Source: Azolla caroliniana (taxonomy: Eukaryota; Plantae; Polypodiophyta). From it: DNA of 64,000 bases. Shown one piece after another: positions 13,450 through 26,400 of this stretch. Every line of letters begins with the position of its first letter. The stretch's first letter is position 1. Under the pieces are notes generated by a model, which was not told where the DNA came from, did no database searches, and saw nothing but the letters and a program-made list of their open reading frames with translations. A program made the position numbers and the translations under genes. The stretch is taken from assembly GCA_043228905.1 (NCBI GenBank), contig JBHGNT010000011.1, forward strand, positions 17,980,001 to 18,044,000. The letters are read 5' to 3'.

Positions 13450-14700
13450 GGAACTCTAGTGGTTGCAAAGTAGTACAGTTTGCAAAAGATTCAAATAAAT
13501 ACATATAATTTGAATAAATTCAAATAGATGCAAATTCCTATTGAGCCCGTCATGGTAAATCAATAACTTTGAACCCATGGCCTCATGAAAATTATATCCC
13601 TCGATAGCATTGTGAATTTGGTCACTCTATATTAACTCTTCACATCATAACCATGATCTCAATACCTTAACATGCATGACAACACTTAAAGGTTAAGTAT
13701 TATTCATGAGATCATTATCATGATCCCAACACATTAGAATGCATATAATGCTCTAAAATGAATGACCATATGCAAATATCTCTCTCTCGATGATTCATTG
13801 ACAATATGTGTGTACTTTACCACATTGTCGATATATGCATACCAAATATTAGAACTATATTGTCAAAAGGATCAACATTCCCTATGCAAAGCATGATTAA
13901 TGTTTATTGCCTATATCCATGTACTTTTTTGAACCAAATGTTTCAATAACCCATCATGCCACAATGTGTTGGTTGATTGTGAATCAATTGAATTTTTTTA
14001 TTGTTTTTCCTATTATGTATAAGCATATGACACATGCACGATATTCAATATCTTCTCTATAATGTATGCCATTGTAGAGATAAGGTCAATGTAGTATCCA
14101 CATCATGGTAAATGGTGCCCAAGTATCAACGGATATGAGGTTTCGAGCCAACTTGGATATTTGTTTTCCTTATATATGGCAAATAACAACTTTACCTTAT
14201 CATCTACCCTCAATCAAGAAGTGTTTTCAATAATTCAATGTATCCATTACCATTGCCAAGCAACAGTAAGCAACTTTTGTCTCCAAAGCTTGCTTTATTA
14301 ATGATAGAGTTATATGCATCCATTTGTTTTCATACCTATATTTATTGTTTTACAATATGCCATGAATGTCCTTGAGTTTCATTTTATACATGTGATTTAT
14401 AAAACATAATGGTGGCATTTTATGCGTAAATGTGAGCTCTAGGATTTTCGTTCTGTCTTTTCACTTGGTGCTCATGTGTATATATCATTAAAAGAGATCA
14501 GTTGTAGATCTTGTATGCCTTCAAGCGATATATATATATGCACAATACCTTAAGAGTATACACTTTCCCTTCTTTATTGGGCAAGTAAAATCATTCAAGA
14601 AAGATTGTGTACATGCTTTGTGTGAATCCAAAATTGTACATGTGAATAACACTATATTAACCCCATTGATTTTACATATGAAGGCAAACTGATGGAACTA
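13450..14700 (-). mobile_element. Highly degenerate Ty1/Copia pol remnant
   Basis: Minus-strand fragments LGDKSCLLLLGNGN, KLARNLISV (compare PxLxxNLISV) and TLWH (pre-integrase LWHxRLGH) occur in Copia order. Confidence 0.45.
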
Positions 14701-16654
14701 ATGATTTGACATTTCAAGATACATTGATAAGCCTTCAATCCTCCTCTATGACTAAATGAATAACTTTGGGCCAACCAAGTTTTGGCATTGTAGGCTATAG
14801 CCAACCAAATTTTCATGTGTGTGGGCATTCAATATAATGTTCTAGAATGCGTTGAGACACATGTTTATGCCTATTCTGAACGGATGTAGAAAGACAAAGA
14901 TGCCTTTTGTAAGAATACACTTGGTCAAATATACATTGAACTGTGATAAAAAGAAACTAAGGATATTTCCAAGAGAAAATTTAATCCATTTAACACCATG
15001 CACATTCAAGAAATGACATTCAAAAAATTGAATCCTAGAATATGTAGCCATTTGTGTTCAACATATAGTAATTCATGTTTGTTTGTACATATGTTACAGT
15101 CTTGAATAGGTTTTTGAATGTCTTATCCCAAGCTAAATGATGTTTTTGAGTGTCATATCCAAGCTATGCCACACTGTAATCTGTTGCTAGATTATTATAA
15201 ACAATGTATGCACATTTCATGTACAAGTTTGTTGCACGGCAAAAAGTGGTCTCACAATACCAACAACTTGGATGCTACATCATACAATTGAATTTTTTGC
15301 TATGATGGCAGCTTGCTTTATGCATGATGAATAATTCAATGCTCTATAAACATTGCATAATTATTATTTTTGGCCAGAATGCTTAGTTGTAGACGAATCA
15401 TTTAGATATAAACCGGAATTTTGTAAGCAAGGCAAGAAAAACTTAATTGTAGGCAACTCGTTTAAGAAACAAAACATTCACTCTACCCAAATGAATTTAT
15501 GGACATTTTTTGCTCCTCTATCATGATACTACCTCCCCACTTAATATTATTGACGGCCACCCATGAACATGATTTCCCCTCAAGATTCAACAAACCATTT
15601 AACTTAATCTCCTATTGTATACTTTACGAAAAGTAGGAACATATTGAGTGCTAAGGACAAACTATTGCTCATCCCCCTATCAATGGTTGAAGGCAGACAA
15701 ACTATAGTTTGTCTCCTTGTTGATTGTTAAGAACCAACTATCATCCTAACAATACAAGTTATGTGACACTTTTATTAGACACTCAAGAACCCATTGATTT
15801 TGGCTGATTATTCAGGTAATACTCAGGATAATTAGACCATATATAAGTTGTGTCACAGATTGATATTGCAATTTCAAACACTAGCTGCTAACACAATCCT
15901 TAGCTAGCACATTCATCTTACACATTTAAAGCTTAAACACATCAGATCAAATGGAAAAGATGTCCATTGGACCATTACACCTAATATGAAACAATCAACA
16001 CATGGAGCTTGCACAAGATCCTCAAGTCATGCCACCTCATCATCTATGAACACATAGATCAATGAGCTAACATCGACATGCCTTGATTGTTTGCCTACAT
16101 TCAAGCCATTAAAATCATTCAAACATCTCAAATCACAACAAGCATAAGTAGGGCAGAAGCAATCCTCAATTCACATCACAAAATGAAACTTCCTAGTCAT
16201 AATTTTATATATATTTTAGATTATCCACAAATTTCAAGTCATAATCTTTGATTGAAATGATAGATGGTCATGTTAAGTTTTTAAGATATCAATGGAGAAG
16301 CAAGATTGCAAAGACTCTTCAAATAATCAATACAGCTGCTACTTTTTTGTTACTCCATCCAATGATCCATTTTACTACTAATCATATTAAAGCTAATGAT
16401 CTACCAATAAAAGAAAATTAGTTGTTGATAATCTCTTCATCATTACACAAAAAATATTCCATTGTGGTTTTTGCTAACTTACAATCAATGTGGGACAGAA
16501 GAAAGATATTCTGGCAAGGTCTGGTCGGAAACAAAATTTCCAGTAAAACTTTGCGAATAATACAACAAAATATCTATAGGTTTTCCCCAAGATAGGCATG
16601 GTGGCAATCGAAAAGTTTTAACATTCTGGAGTGATAAATACCACTTTCAAAGCT

Positions 16655-19600
16655 TTACGACAGTAGAGAAACTAAAGAAACAAATTCTGATGTCATGCGC
16701 CCCTTTATCCTTGTATTGATAACGAAATGTTCCGGGAACTTCCTTAGCAAGGCAAGGAGACCAGCCCAAGGGCGGCCTTTGTTGTCACCATCCACCTCAT
16801 CAGCAGTTAGAAACTTCCGGACTCTTGCTGGTGGCCATATGCTACTATAGTGCTCTACGAGCTGCAAAGCACACATGTCTTTTATTCAAATCTATAATCC
16901 ATTCCATGGTTATAACCCATCCAAACTTTGGAAGAGCCCCAAATGTACATATAAGATTTACTTAATACCTTTTCCCTAAGCCAAAAAAGGAAAACAAAAC
17001 TTTGATGCTTTTTTCCTTTTTAAGTAAACAAATCACTGTTTCATTTCACCAACTGCCACAAAGGACAACCTCGTGTAGGCTGCTCCATATGTATCACGAT
17101 TATGAGGATATTTTTTTTCTTTTAAGCAAACAAACCATTGCTTCCTTTACATAAACCATATGGACATGACCCTTATGCAGCCTAAAAGGAATATTGCTCT
17201 GATACATTTGAAAGAATGATTCCGATTCTGAAAACAATAAATCATGCCATCAAGTGCTGGAAGAAACTTTGACACATCAAAAAGAGATGGCAGTAAACAC
17301 TTGTAACAGGCAACAAATAAAGAGATACATTGCTATCAGCCATGCCAAGGACTCATGCAAAACAATGATCAAAGACCTTGTCATTGGAATGGGATAGTGG
17401 CAAGCCCCGGCTGAATGGCTGAATTCTTTTAATACAATGAACTTCTGTGGTTCATGCTTAGAAACTGTCATAGAAATTCAAAGGAGAAACAACTTTTGGA
17501 CACTAGAAACATGTTTAACTAGCCTCAAAGACAATCATCCTCAATCAGAACTAAACGTCAGTGTATTTCTTTCTAATTTGAAAGCCATTACTCTTTCTCT
17601 TTATATCTCAGCTCCAGCATTGTTGCCAACTCATTTACAACAGCTAAAGAAGAGATGGACTGAGAACTGATAAAGTATAATGGTAAGTAAAGACCAGATC
17701 AAATATCATGACCATGAAATCATTCCACATATCTACCTTTCATTTCTTATTATTGTATCCATGCTTATTTTTCTCTTGCGTTTTCGTTATCTTACTAAAA
17801 ATGCCTAAATATATCATGATACTTTAAGTTGACAAAGGTTAAGGTTTAGGGTTCAGGATTAGTTATTGTATAGTTGTCAATGTCCTTGCAAGAGACAAGT
17901 TGCAGTTATAATGAGCACTCTGAAGATAACACTTAAAACATTTCTAAACATGCATAGAAGAAATCATACCTCTGAATGAAGATTTAACATGGGCATCCAC
18001 TCTCCTGGCCCACAAAGGTCAGAGAGGACAGTTGCAACAGCCGAAACCACCTCTTTTTCTTCAGCTTGCATGGGTGAAGCCTCTGTGCCTGCATCTGGAG
18101 GTCTTCTCACTTCCACTTTGGGTTCTGAAACATTACAAAAATGACTGAATTACCATTAGAATCACCATGTTTAGATGCTTATGCTGAAATTATGACACAA
18201 GATACCATGTTTGTGAAAAGGTGGTTCACTCATTAAAACTCATGAAGGTACTTTCTCCCAGGATATTGCTTGTTTATTGCTTATAAATGTTTACAAAGGG
18301 AACAAAATCTTTGAAATTTTATACATTGTTTGCTAAATTCCTATAACTTTGTGGTTTTACCATAATTCCCTGTTATTTTATGCATGATAAGAAAACTTGA
18401 GGATAATATCCAATCATAGGCCATATTTTAGATCATAGGGTCGTGAGAAACAAATGTATCACATATTTTTAAGGGATTAAAATAGGGAAAAAACCATGCA
18501 TTTTAGAATTTATGCCCTTTGCCTACAGTGATTAAATTCTGTATATTTCTCTACACAAAAGAACTTGTGAATTTTATACACATAGATACCTTTCATATTA
18601 AGAAAATGCTGTGAAGATCTAGACTAGCATGTATTTTAAACGTTTCTCAATGTGAAAGGAACCTAGCATAATGATTGCTGTGGGAGAATTAATAAAAAAG
18701 TGAAGATAATGGCAATGTATATCAAAACAGTTCTATGTTAAATTTCCTGGCGAATTACTATAAAGTTTTGACATTTTACTCACAATTTTCTGTTATTTCC
18801 ATGCGTAAAGAGGAAACTAAGCCAGCTTAGTTATGAAATTGTTTTACCAAAGAGGTTAATAACTCAGATCTTATGCATATCAATAGGGAGAGAGTACTTT
18901 TTACCTGTATGGAACAGCATGCCTTGCCTAGCATGGGTATTGGGCATCATATATGATGTTGAAGAATCATGAGATATAATGCCTTGCCAAGTTGGTATTG
19001 TGGGCTTCATCTCCATAGTTTCATGCTTTTTGTTCTGACCTTTCACCTTCTTAGAAGCACTGGGTTGAAAAAACATGTCGTCATTCTTCATAATCAAAGG
19101 GGACGCTTGGCCAATAGAGGATTTGGGATGTTGTCTCTTCCTAGAAGAAGACCCAGATGGAGGCAAATGCATAGGCAAAGGAATAGAGCCAGACATGGGG
19201 AGGGGTATAGGGGTAGGGGCAATATTAGGTGTCATAACAAGGGGGCTAGTATGGTAATTATTATTACTATGCAAATGTGACGATGGGGGAGGGTGCGGGT
19301 GTGGGGGAGGAGTAGAAGAGGGTTGCTTGATTATGCTTCTCAAAGGCAAAAGGAAATAGAACTTCTTATCACCGATTTGAAGCAAGTATTGAGAATCAAG
19401 TTTAACATGAGGGCCACCTGGGTGGTACAGAGATCCTTGAACATGGCAACCATTCTTTCCAAGAACTTCAAGAGAGAATCTCTTCCTATCAAAATCATAG
19501 TAGATGCGGGCATGTTGTCTCGATATATTCATTCCGCCACCAAGGCCAGCCAGATCCACATCTACTGATGATTTCTTGCTGTTGCGTCCGAGTATAATGG

Positions 19601-19673
19601 AATACGTTTGCATAAAATACTCAAAATCCTCACCTTGTAGCTTTGCAAACCCTGCTTCCAGCTCTCCAGCCAT
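16655..19673 (-). CDS. FHA2: Forkhead-associated (FHA) domain protein, plant FHA1/FHA2-like; 3 coding exons: 19673-18905, 18124-17970, 16861-16655
   Basis: N-terminal AGFAKLQGEDFEYFMQTYSIILGRNSKKS...NISRQHARI...GKNG FHA domain. Exon 2 has VATVLSDLCGPGEWMPM and exon 3 has LLRKFPEHFVINTR..EFVSLVSLLS*, the conserved C-terminus. Both introns are GT-AG and in phase. Confidence 0.92.
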
Positions 19674-19690
19674 ATCTTTGTCGGAGCAGC

Positions 19691-20007
19691 CTGACCCTAA
19701 AACCCTAAAACCCTGACTGTAACCCTAAGACTAGCTAACCCGACACTTTCAGCTTAAACTTAAAAATCATGAGTTCCTAACCGGAACTTGAAGATCGTGA
19801 AACCCTAATCTAGAACGTTAAAGCCTGGAAACCCCTAGCCAAAATTTTTAAGCCATGAGAACCTAATTCTAAAATTCCTGAAACTCTAATCCTAAAAAAG
19901 CCTAGAATTAAAAATCAACACTGTAACCCTAATTTGACGTAAAATTTGAAACCTTGAAACTGAAACTCTAAAATATTAAAGCCCTGAAAACCTAGCCTTA
20001 ACCATAC
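19691..20007 (-). repeat. Predicted 5'-UTR intron of the FHA gene composed of degenerate telomere-like (TTTAGGG) repeats
   Basis: Donor CAG|GTATGG at 20007 and acceptor TCAG| at 19691, 18 nt upstream of the ATG. Many (a)aaccct(a/g)a variants lie in between. Confidence 0.6.
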
Positions 20008-20189
20008 CTGGGATTTTTTTCTTCTTCTTTTGAAATCTCTCTCACACATACAAACACACAGAGCTGACAAAGGGGGGGGGGGGGGGGGAGATGGGTTATG
20101 CAGAAGGAGCCATGGTTACATTCAATGGATCTTAAAGCCCAGTTTTATGAGAGCAATTGAGGGTGAGAAAGAAAGATAAGGAGAGCTCC

Positions 20190-20260
20190 TTTCTCTGCTT
20201 CTGCTTCTGCTTCTGCCTCTTCTCCTGCTCCTGCTCCTGCTCCTTCCGCTTCTTCCGCTT
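20190..20260. repeat. Compound hexamer microsatellite (CTTCTG)n/(CTCCTG)n, with a poly-G run nearby at about 20072-20088
   Basis: Direct reading of the sequence. Confidence 0.8.
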
Positions 20261-20555
20261 TTGTGATCAGCCATTAAGAGGTATTATTTTCAACAGTCTT
20301 TGGTTGAAGAAGGCTAAGTTGCTCAGGACTCTGAGAGAGCAGGGAACCATTCTTGCTTTCAAACTATTTCCACAAATAGCCCTGAGTTTTGGAAACTCTA
20401 CAACCAAATACCCTTCTAATACATATATTATATTATACATGTAGGAAAGGCACCTTCTAATACATAATACATATATTATTATATATGTAGGTTGGCCTTT
20501 CTTGGGTTGTCTCGTCTTGCCCTACATATATGTGTCTTTGTAACCCACCGAGACA

Positions 20556-21245
20556 GAACAAATGTCACTTCTTGTTGTACATGATTGCCGGTCACCATGT
20601 ACAGAGCGAAATCTCGCCCAACTTATATGGCCATGACAACTTGTCCTTAGATTATGTCAAGTTACATGTAACCCCGGAAATCAAGAACAAATGTTTACTT
20701 CTTGTTTGTTACAGGTGCTCTTCCGCTTATGGCCACGAGGCGGACTTTGTGTAATCAGATGTCAAATTATGGCCTGAAGATCTCGAACAAATGTCACTTC
20801 CTGTTGTAGATGGTTGTCGGTCACCAGGGACACAACAAAATCCTCGACAACTTATGGCCATGACAACTTGTCATTAGATGTCAAATTACAACCCGGAAAT
20901 CCAGAACAAATGTTTACTTATTGTTTGTTACAAGTGCCTTGTTAGCCACCATGAACACAAATTATTCTTGTCGGCTTAAGGCCATGAGCAGGACTTGTGT
21001 CATCGTACATCAAATTACGGCTCGAAGATCATAAACAAATGTCACTTAATATTGCAAGTAACTGTTAGTCACCATGAGTACGAAATCTCACCAACTTCTG
21101 GCCATGACAACTTGTCATTTGATGTCGAATTACAGCCTGGAAATCTGGAACAAATGTTTAGTTGTTGTTAGTAGGTGGTTGCTGATTACCATGAACACAA
21201 AATCTTGTCGGCTTATGGCCACGAGGAGGAATTGTCCTCGGATGT
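20556..21245. repeat. Satellite-like array of six 100-130-bp monomers alternating A/B (dimeric higher-order unit of about 230-250 bp)
   Basis: Anchor aacaaatgtCACTT at about 20558, 20786 and 21034 alternates with aacaaatgtTTA(C/G)TT at about 20686, 20904 and 21149. Each monomer carries a cttatggcca-like motif. Confidence 0.85.
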
Positions 21246-21446
21246 CTTGATTGGGGAACCAACAACCTTTCACTTCCATCATGCCTTGACAAAGACGCCT
21301 TTGGCATTCCCAAATAAAAATAACCTATCATCCAAGTCGAAAAACTTGCAGGATAAATGTGTTGTGCTTAACTTGATACATGCTTGATGAGTATATTTGA
21401 TTTCAACAAGATAACACAAACTACATTGATGAGAGAGTGTATTTGA

Positions 21447-21676
21447 ACTCAAATGGATGTAGCTCAGTTGGTAAGGTTGCCCAATGGAGACTAGGTGGTC
21501 ATGGGTTCAACCCTTACATTCCACAGTGGCATCTAGTGAAATAGAGAGATATATGAAGTATATAATAGAGAGGTGAGGAAATTGGGTTTTAAACCCAAGA
21601 CACACACAATGCTTGTAGTGTTATCGACTTACCACTAGGGTAAGCTAATTACGAAAGAAGAAGAAGAAGAAGAAGA
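21447..21676 (+). mobile_element. tRNA-derived SINE, about 230 bp, with (GAA)n tail and 15-bp TSD
   Basis: A-box TAGCTCAGTTGG at about 21459 and B-box GGTTCAACCC at about 21503. 3' stem-loop cttacc-actag-ggtaag at 21628-21644, then a (GAA) tail. Identical flanks agagagtgtatttga at 21432-21446 and 21677-21691. Confidence 0.9.
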
Positions 21677-22577
21677 AGAGAGTGTATTTGATACTTTAAT
21701 AGCTTTTATATAATGATTTGTTTATTTGTAGATTATGCCATAAAGCTTAAAATGGTTATAGCCTATAGGTCATAAATGGTTTTTTTGAGTATAATGCTCG
21801 CATGAACATGTTCAATCCATAACAACAATATGAATGTTTCTAGGAAAGTAGATAACTCATCTACCTTGATACCATCCTTAACACACACAAAATGATTTGC
21901 ACAATCCAATGCGCAACCATTAGAGGAATAGATACCCCCCAAGCCATCAAGCCACCAATCCCCGAACATGAAAATTCCTTTTACACTAGCAAACCTTAAG
22001 AAAGGATCATATTTTTAGCAAGGCATCAATCAACCTTTCATCATATAAGCATAGAGTCATAAATTTGTGTCACATGATGCAAACGAAACAATTTTCTGAA
22101 ACATGTATAAACATACACATACTTTATCCTTATTTTGTTTCCATGACATTTTGATGAGTAGAAAGAATGAACCCAAATCCTCAAAGATGATTTGGAGAGT
22201 TATGATGTAAATTCAATAGTAATATAAATTACTTGTAGTGCAAGCATTAAGAAAGAAAAGCTCTTATTATTATTTTAGGATAACTAAAATTATGAATATC
22301 ATTTATTGAGCACATTACCAAACATTGTAAATGTTAACTTGAAGTTATATCATTGTCATTAATAAACTATTATGTGGTTACAACGTACAATTGATTGCGT
22401 TTACATCTGTTGATGCTACTTATTCTTATGTTGGCTACTATGCATCTTTGAAAAGAAACCATGTTAGGAAGCCATTACATTACATGCACCAAAGAACATT
22501 TGAGCTTTATCTAACAATGCACGCACCTTGATGTTTAAGGCAACCAAATGTGACATCGTAAAACCCTCATGGGCATT

Positions 22578-23900
22578 TGTTAGAGCTAGATCCTAATGTA
22601 AACCTGAGATAAGGATATAATAGATAGATTGAAAAGAAAGGAGAGAGAGAAAGAAGGGTGACGATCCACACGACCACCCCCAAGAGAAGGGATTGAGACG
22701 GGCTCGAGCCTCGATCCGCGTCCCATACCACCGCCGAGGCATCAAGTTGTACTTGGTACTAAAACATTGCACTCTTGCGATGAAAAGTTAGGGAAGTTAG
22801 TTTTAAGAGGGTTTTCTCGTTCCCATCTACCATCTTGTATAGACTTATCCATCCATTTAATTTTAAATTCTCGGATTAGTTTAGAACGCAAATGTTTCGT
22901 TTTAACATTGATAATTCTGTCTGGTACATGTGGTTTACAAGATAATTCTTTAGAAGTAACCAGAGTTTCAGTTGTGATTGTATTGTTGCTAGAACTAAGA
23001 AGTTCTTTTATACGACTTACATAAAAAATTGGATGGATTTCAACGTTGTAAGGAAGAACAAGACGATAAGCTGATGAACTAATGCGTTTAAGGATTGTAA
23101 AAGGTCCACAAACCGTGGGGCTAACTTAACGCACTTACCCGTAGACAATGTCTTAGAATTGTGAGGTACACGTAAAAATACCTTCTATCCATGGTTGAAT
23201 ACACGAGGTTCCCTATTATGGTCGGCATAAAAACGTGCTCTATCTTGAGCTGTTTTTATATTATCTGATGCAATATGCAACATATCTTGCATATCCCGAA
23301 GAAAAGTTTTGTGCACTTTGCAACTCATCATGATGTATATTAACATCAATCGGAGCTCATGGCTGAAAACCATACATCAAGATAAAAGGACTATATCTTG
23401 TCGATATATGCTTGGACCTGTTATAAGCAAACTCCAAAATTGGGAGATAACGTTCCCATTTTGTTGGCTTTGCACCAACATATGCTCGAAGCATCTCCTC
23501 AATAATTTGATTTACCCGTTTTGTCTGTCCACCAGATTGAGGATGATTCGTGGAGCTCATGCTCAAAGTAGTTTCTAACTTCTTAAGGACTTGCGTCCAA
23601 AAATCGCTAGTAAATTTTGGATCTTGATCACTCACGATATCCATTGGTAACTCGTAAAAATGAAATAACTCATCAACGAATTGGTAAGCCAATTCAGGAG
23701 CTGTTACCGTGGTTTTAGTAGCATTAAATCTGGTTGTTTTAGTTAGTCGATCAACCACAACCCGAATGACATCATGGCCTTTTTGGGTGCAAGGAAGGCT
23801 AACAATAAAATCCATGGAGATACTTTCCCATTTATTATTGGGAATGTCCATACCATTGCCGAGGCATCGAGTTGTACCTTGTACTGACACACTTGCTTAC
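22578..23900 (-). mobile_element. Ty3/Gypsy (chromovirus-type) fragment: integrase and chromodomain plus an adjoining partial LTR
   Basis: ORF 23357-23890 has WESISMDFIVSLP, VVVDRLTK, IVSDQDPKFTS.FW and HPQSGGQTKRVNQ (Gypsy integrase). A downstream YRLVLPY..EIHPIF..S and KIKWMD...WE chromodomain-like segment follows. An LTR-like TGTTAGAG end lies at 22578. Stops and frameshifts are present. Confidence 0.88.
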
Positions 23901-24724
23901 AAGAGTTTGATCACCACTTAAGTAGAGTCTTGACGTAGTTGAATATGTTATCAAATGAGGGTAGCTGGGCCTCATATTTATGGCCAGACCTAAGGCCCCT
24001 AGGCAAGTTCACACTTGGCCTTAATGGGTTGTCTCAATCCCAAGGATTAAAATTAATTCTTCCCTTCTTTACACTCTCGGTTAACCCTCACACTTTATCC
24101 ACGTGTATGGAATACTATGGTACAATCTTACCACGTGATATTATATGGTCATACCCATAGCAACATTCATATATATAACGTCAACACAATTCGGCAATAT
24201 GATCATGTTAATCCAATTTCTGAATGCGGGTTCCCTAGCACGAAAAAAACTTAAGGATCATAGAATATGGCGAAATAAGATACTAACGGGATCATGGAAT
24301 ATATTAAAAGACTCAAAACCGCCTTTCAAGTACATCCTCATCAATATCCATTTCAAGTACATCCTCATCAAGGCATTCTCTTGGTCCATTCTCATTCTCA
24401 TTTACTATATCAAACAACAAGACATTGTCAATCTCCCATAAATCACTAATTAGTAATATGCCATAAATTGCCTTTTGGAACTCCCTAATGGTTCACTTAA
24501 TACGGTTCATTCAAGCATAATATTGGTCTTTTGGAGCGATTGTTTCCATATCAATGTTCCCTATGGATTGAGAGGAATCCCTATTCATGTCGTTTTATCC
24601 TTGATGTCACATCAAACCCAAACAAGAGAGTTTTTCATAGAAGAAAAGAGAACAAAAACCGATGACAAAATACAATGTGAGGTCAACAATGCATCAAGGG
24701 GTCTCTCTCTCTCTCTCTCTCTCA

Positions 24725-25490
24725 AGTTATGCTCATGGAAACAGGTGTTTGACCTATAAAGATGTTGGCGCTACATAGAGTATATAGATACATTAAAAAA
24801 GTCAAGATTACCACATCTTGGAATGTTGGATGTAAACCACAAAAGAATCACAAGAGCAATATTCTCTTAGTTGAGTAGTTGACATCAAAAAATGGTTCAA
24901 AAGATGGGATGTGGAAGATCTCCTAGACCTTTCAAGTGATGCTATGAATATTTGGTTATCGAGGAAAGATTAATGGACCCACTAAGGAAGAAGTGGGAAG
25001 ATGCTAAAAGGAAAAAATTAGAATATTACATTGCAAACATCAATCGTGAATGTTGGGCTCTATATAAGGTAAGAAGTCCTATCAATCTTATTCAACCTTA
25101 CCTCATTAACTCGCGTAGAGCCCTAACACTCCTTCGCACTCGATCACACAACCCAGGTATTGAAGTTGAATTATGGAATCAAGTGAGCCAAATATAAAAG
25201 CATGTAAGGTATGCAAGGAAGGGCTAGTTAAGTATGAGTATCACTTGCTTTTTACATACTTTGCATATAGTGCAATTCGTGAAAGCTATGATGATATGTT
25301 AAGAGGGGGTGATGACTTAAGTATCACATTAAAGAGAACACCTAGAAGGTTGAGCTCATATGTGTATGCTTTATTCACACTTCGAGACTTAGTGATTCAA
25401 AGTATGAATATCCCTTCTTAGGAAGGAGACACACATCAAGTTCTCTTGTACTTAGGTCCTACATGTCACTAAAAATATCTATCTATCTAT
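24725..25490 (+). mobile_element. 5'-truncated, decayed non-LTR retrotransposon (RTE-X-like C-terminal zinc finger) with (ATCT)n tail
   Basis: Frameshifted ORFs give RRALTLLRTRSHNPGIEV..W and CKVC...YEYHLLF..AYSAIR. The element ends in atatctatctatctat and begins next to a (TC)n tract. Confidence 0.7.
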
Positions 25491-25517
25491 GGCCACTATA
25501 TATATATATATATATAT

Positions 25518-25628
25518 ATTATTTTACTTTCGATGAATGGGTAAATACCCCATTTTTGTTGTAAACCAATTGTCTCATGGGTCAATTTTGGTCTTAGAAG
25601 ACGTTAATATATCTTTCTTTCTTTCTCA
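25518..25628 (+). mobile_element. Short 3'-end copy (about 110 bp) of the LINE at 58520-59662, in inverted orientation
   Basis: ttcgatgaatgggtaaata..ccatttttgttgtaaacca.ttgtctcatggg.caattttgg.cttagaagacgttaatatatctttctttct is the reverse complement of about 58525-58635, with few mismatches. Confidence 0.88.
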
Positions 25629-25699
25629 AGTTTCAACACACACACACACACACACACATTTTAATCAATTCCATTACATAAAACTATTTTATCTAGTTA

Positions 25700-26400
25700 T
25701 TTACAAAACCATATTGATAGTTACAAGTATTTTAATGCAAATGAAGAATCTGTCTCTACATATGAAACCTATCTTGATTTTTACCCATAAAAATATCCTC
25801 CATTGGTATTAACATAAAGTGGCCCAATACAATATACAAAATAGTCCACTATTACAAAGAAAATTGCAACATAATTAACTAGAAAACTATTGAATACTTG
25901 TGTAGCTTCAGCAATCTCAACAACAGTGGGTTCAAAAAACCCCATCTTTTTACAAGTTTTTTTTTACCAAAACCAAAATATCCTTCCATTAGTTTTTCCT
26001 CTACTTTGGAGTACATAGATTTGTTTCCTTAACCATCGTCTTATAAAGATGAGTTGGGAAAAAATATTTTACAAGTTGAATATGGATTTTTGTCCTTTAT
26101 CACTAGAGTTTGTGCCACATATATTGCTCAACATTCCTTCTATTTTGATGCAATTTGATAGCATCATATGTCATTCTATATCTCACATAATGCTTGCTAA
26201 AGAACAATGAATGACTGCTCATTTTGATTATCCAGCTTCTCCAAAGCATGCCTCAACCATGCTTCCAACGTTCACAAAAACAGATTACATGTCTCTTAAC
26301 ATGCATACAAAATCAGCCACCTTTAGAACTCCCTGCAATCTGAACAAAACTTTGCCGATGAATTCCAATGTTTGTTGTCGAAACATGTATGCCGATGACA
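25700..26400 (-). pseudogene. Heavily decayed PLS-type PPR fragment
   Basis: Frameshifted pieces GSMVEAC/LEKLDNQNEQSFIVL*QA, GQKIHIQLVK-like and AEATQVFNSF resemble motifs of the adjacent PPR protein. Confidence 0.35.

Noticed and set aside
21455-21522. Functional tRNA gene
   Set aside because: The anticodon and T stems pair poorly, and it is embedded in a TSD-flanked unit with a (GAA)n tail, so it is a SINE head.
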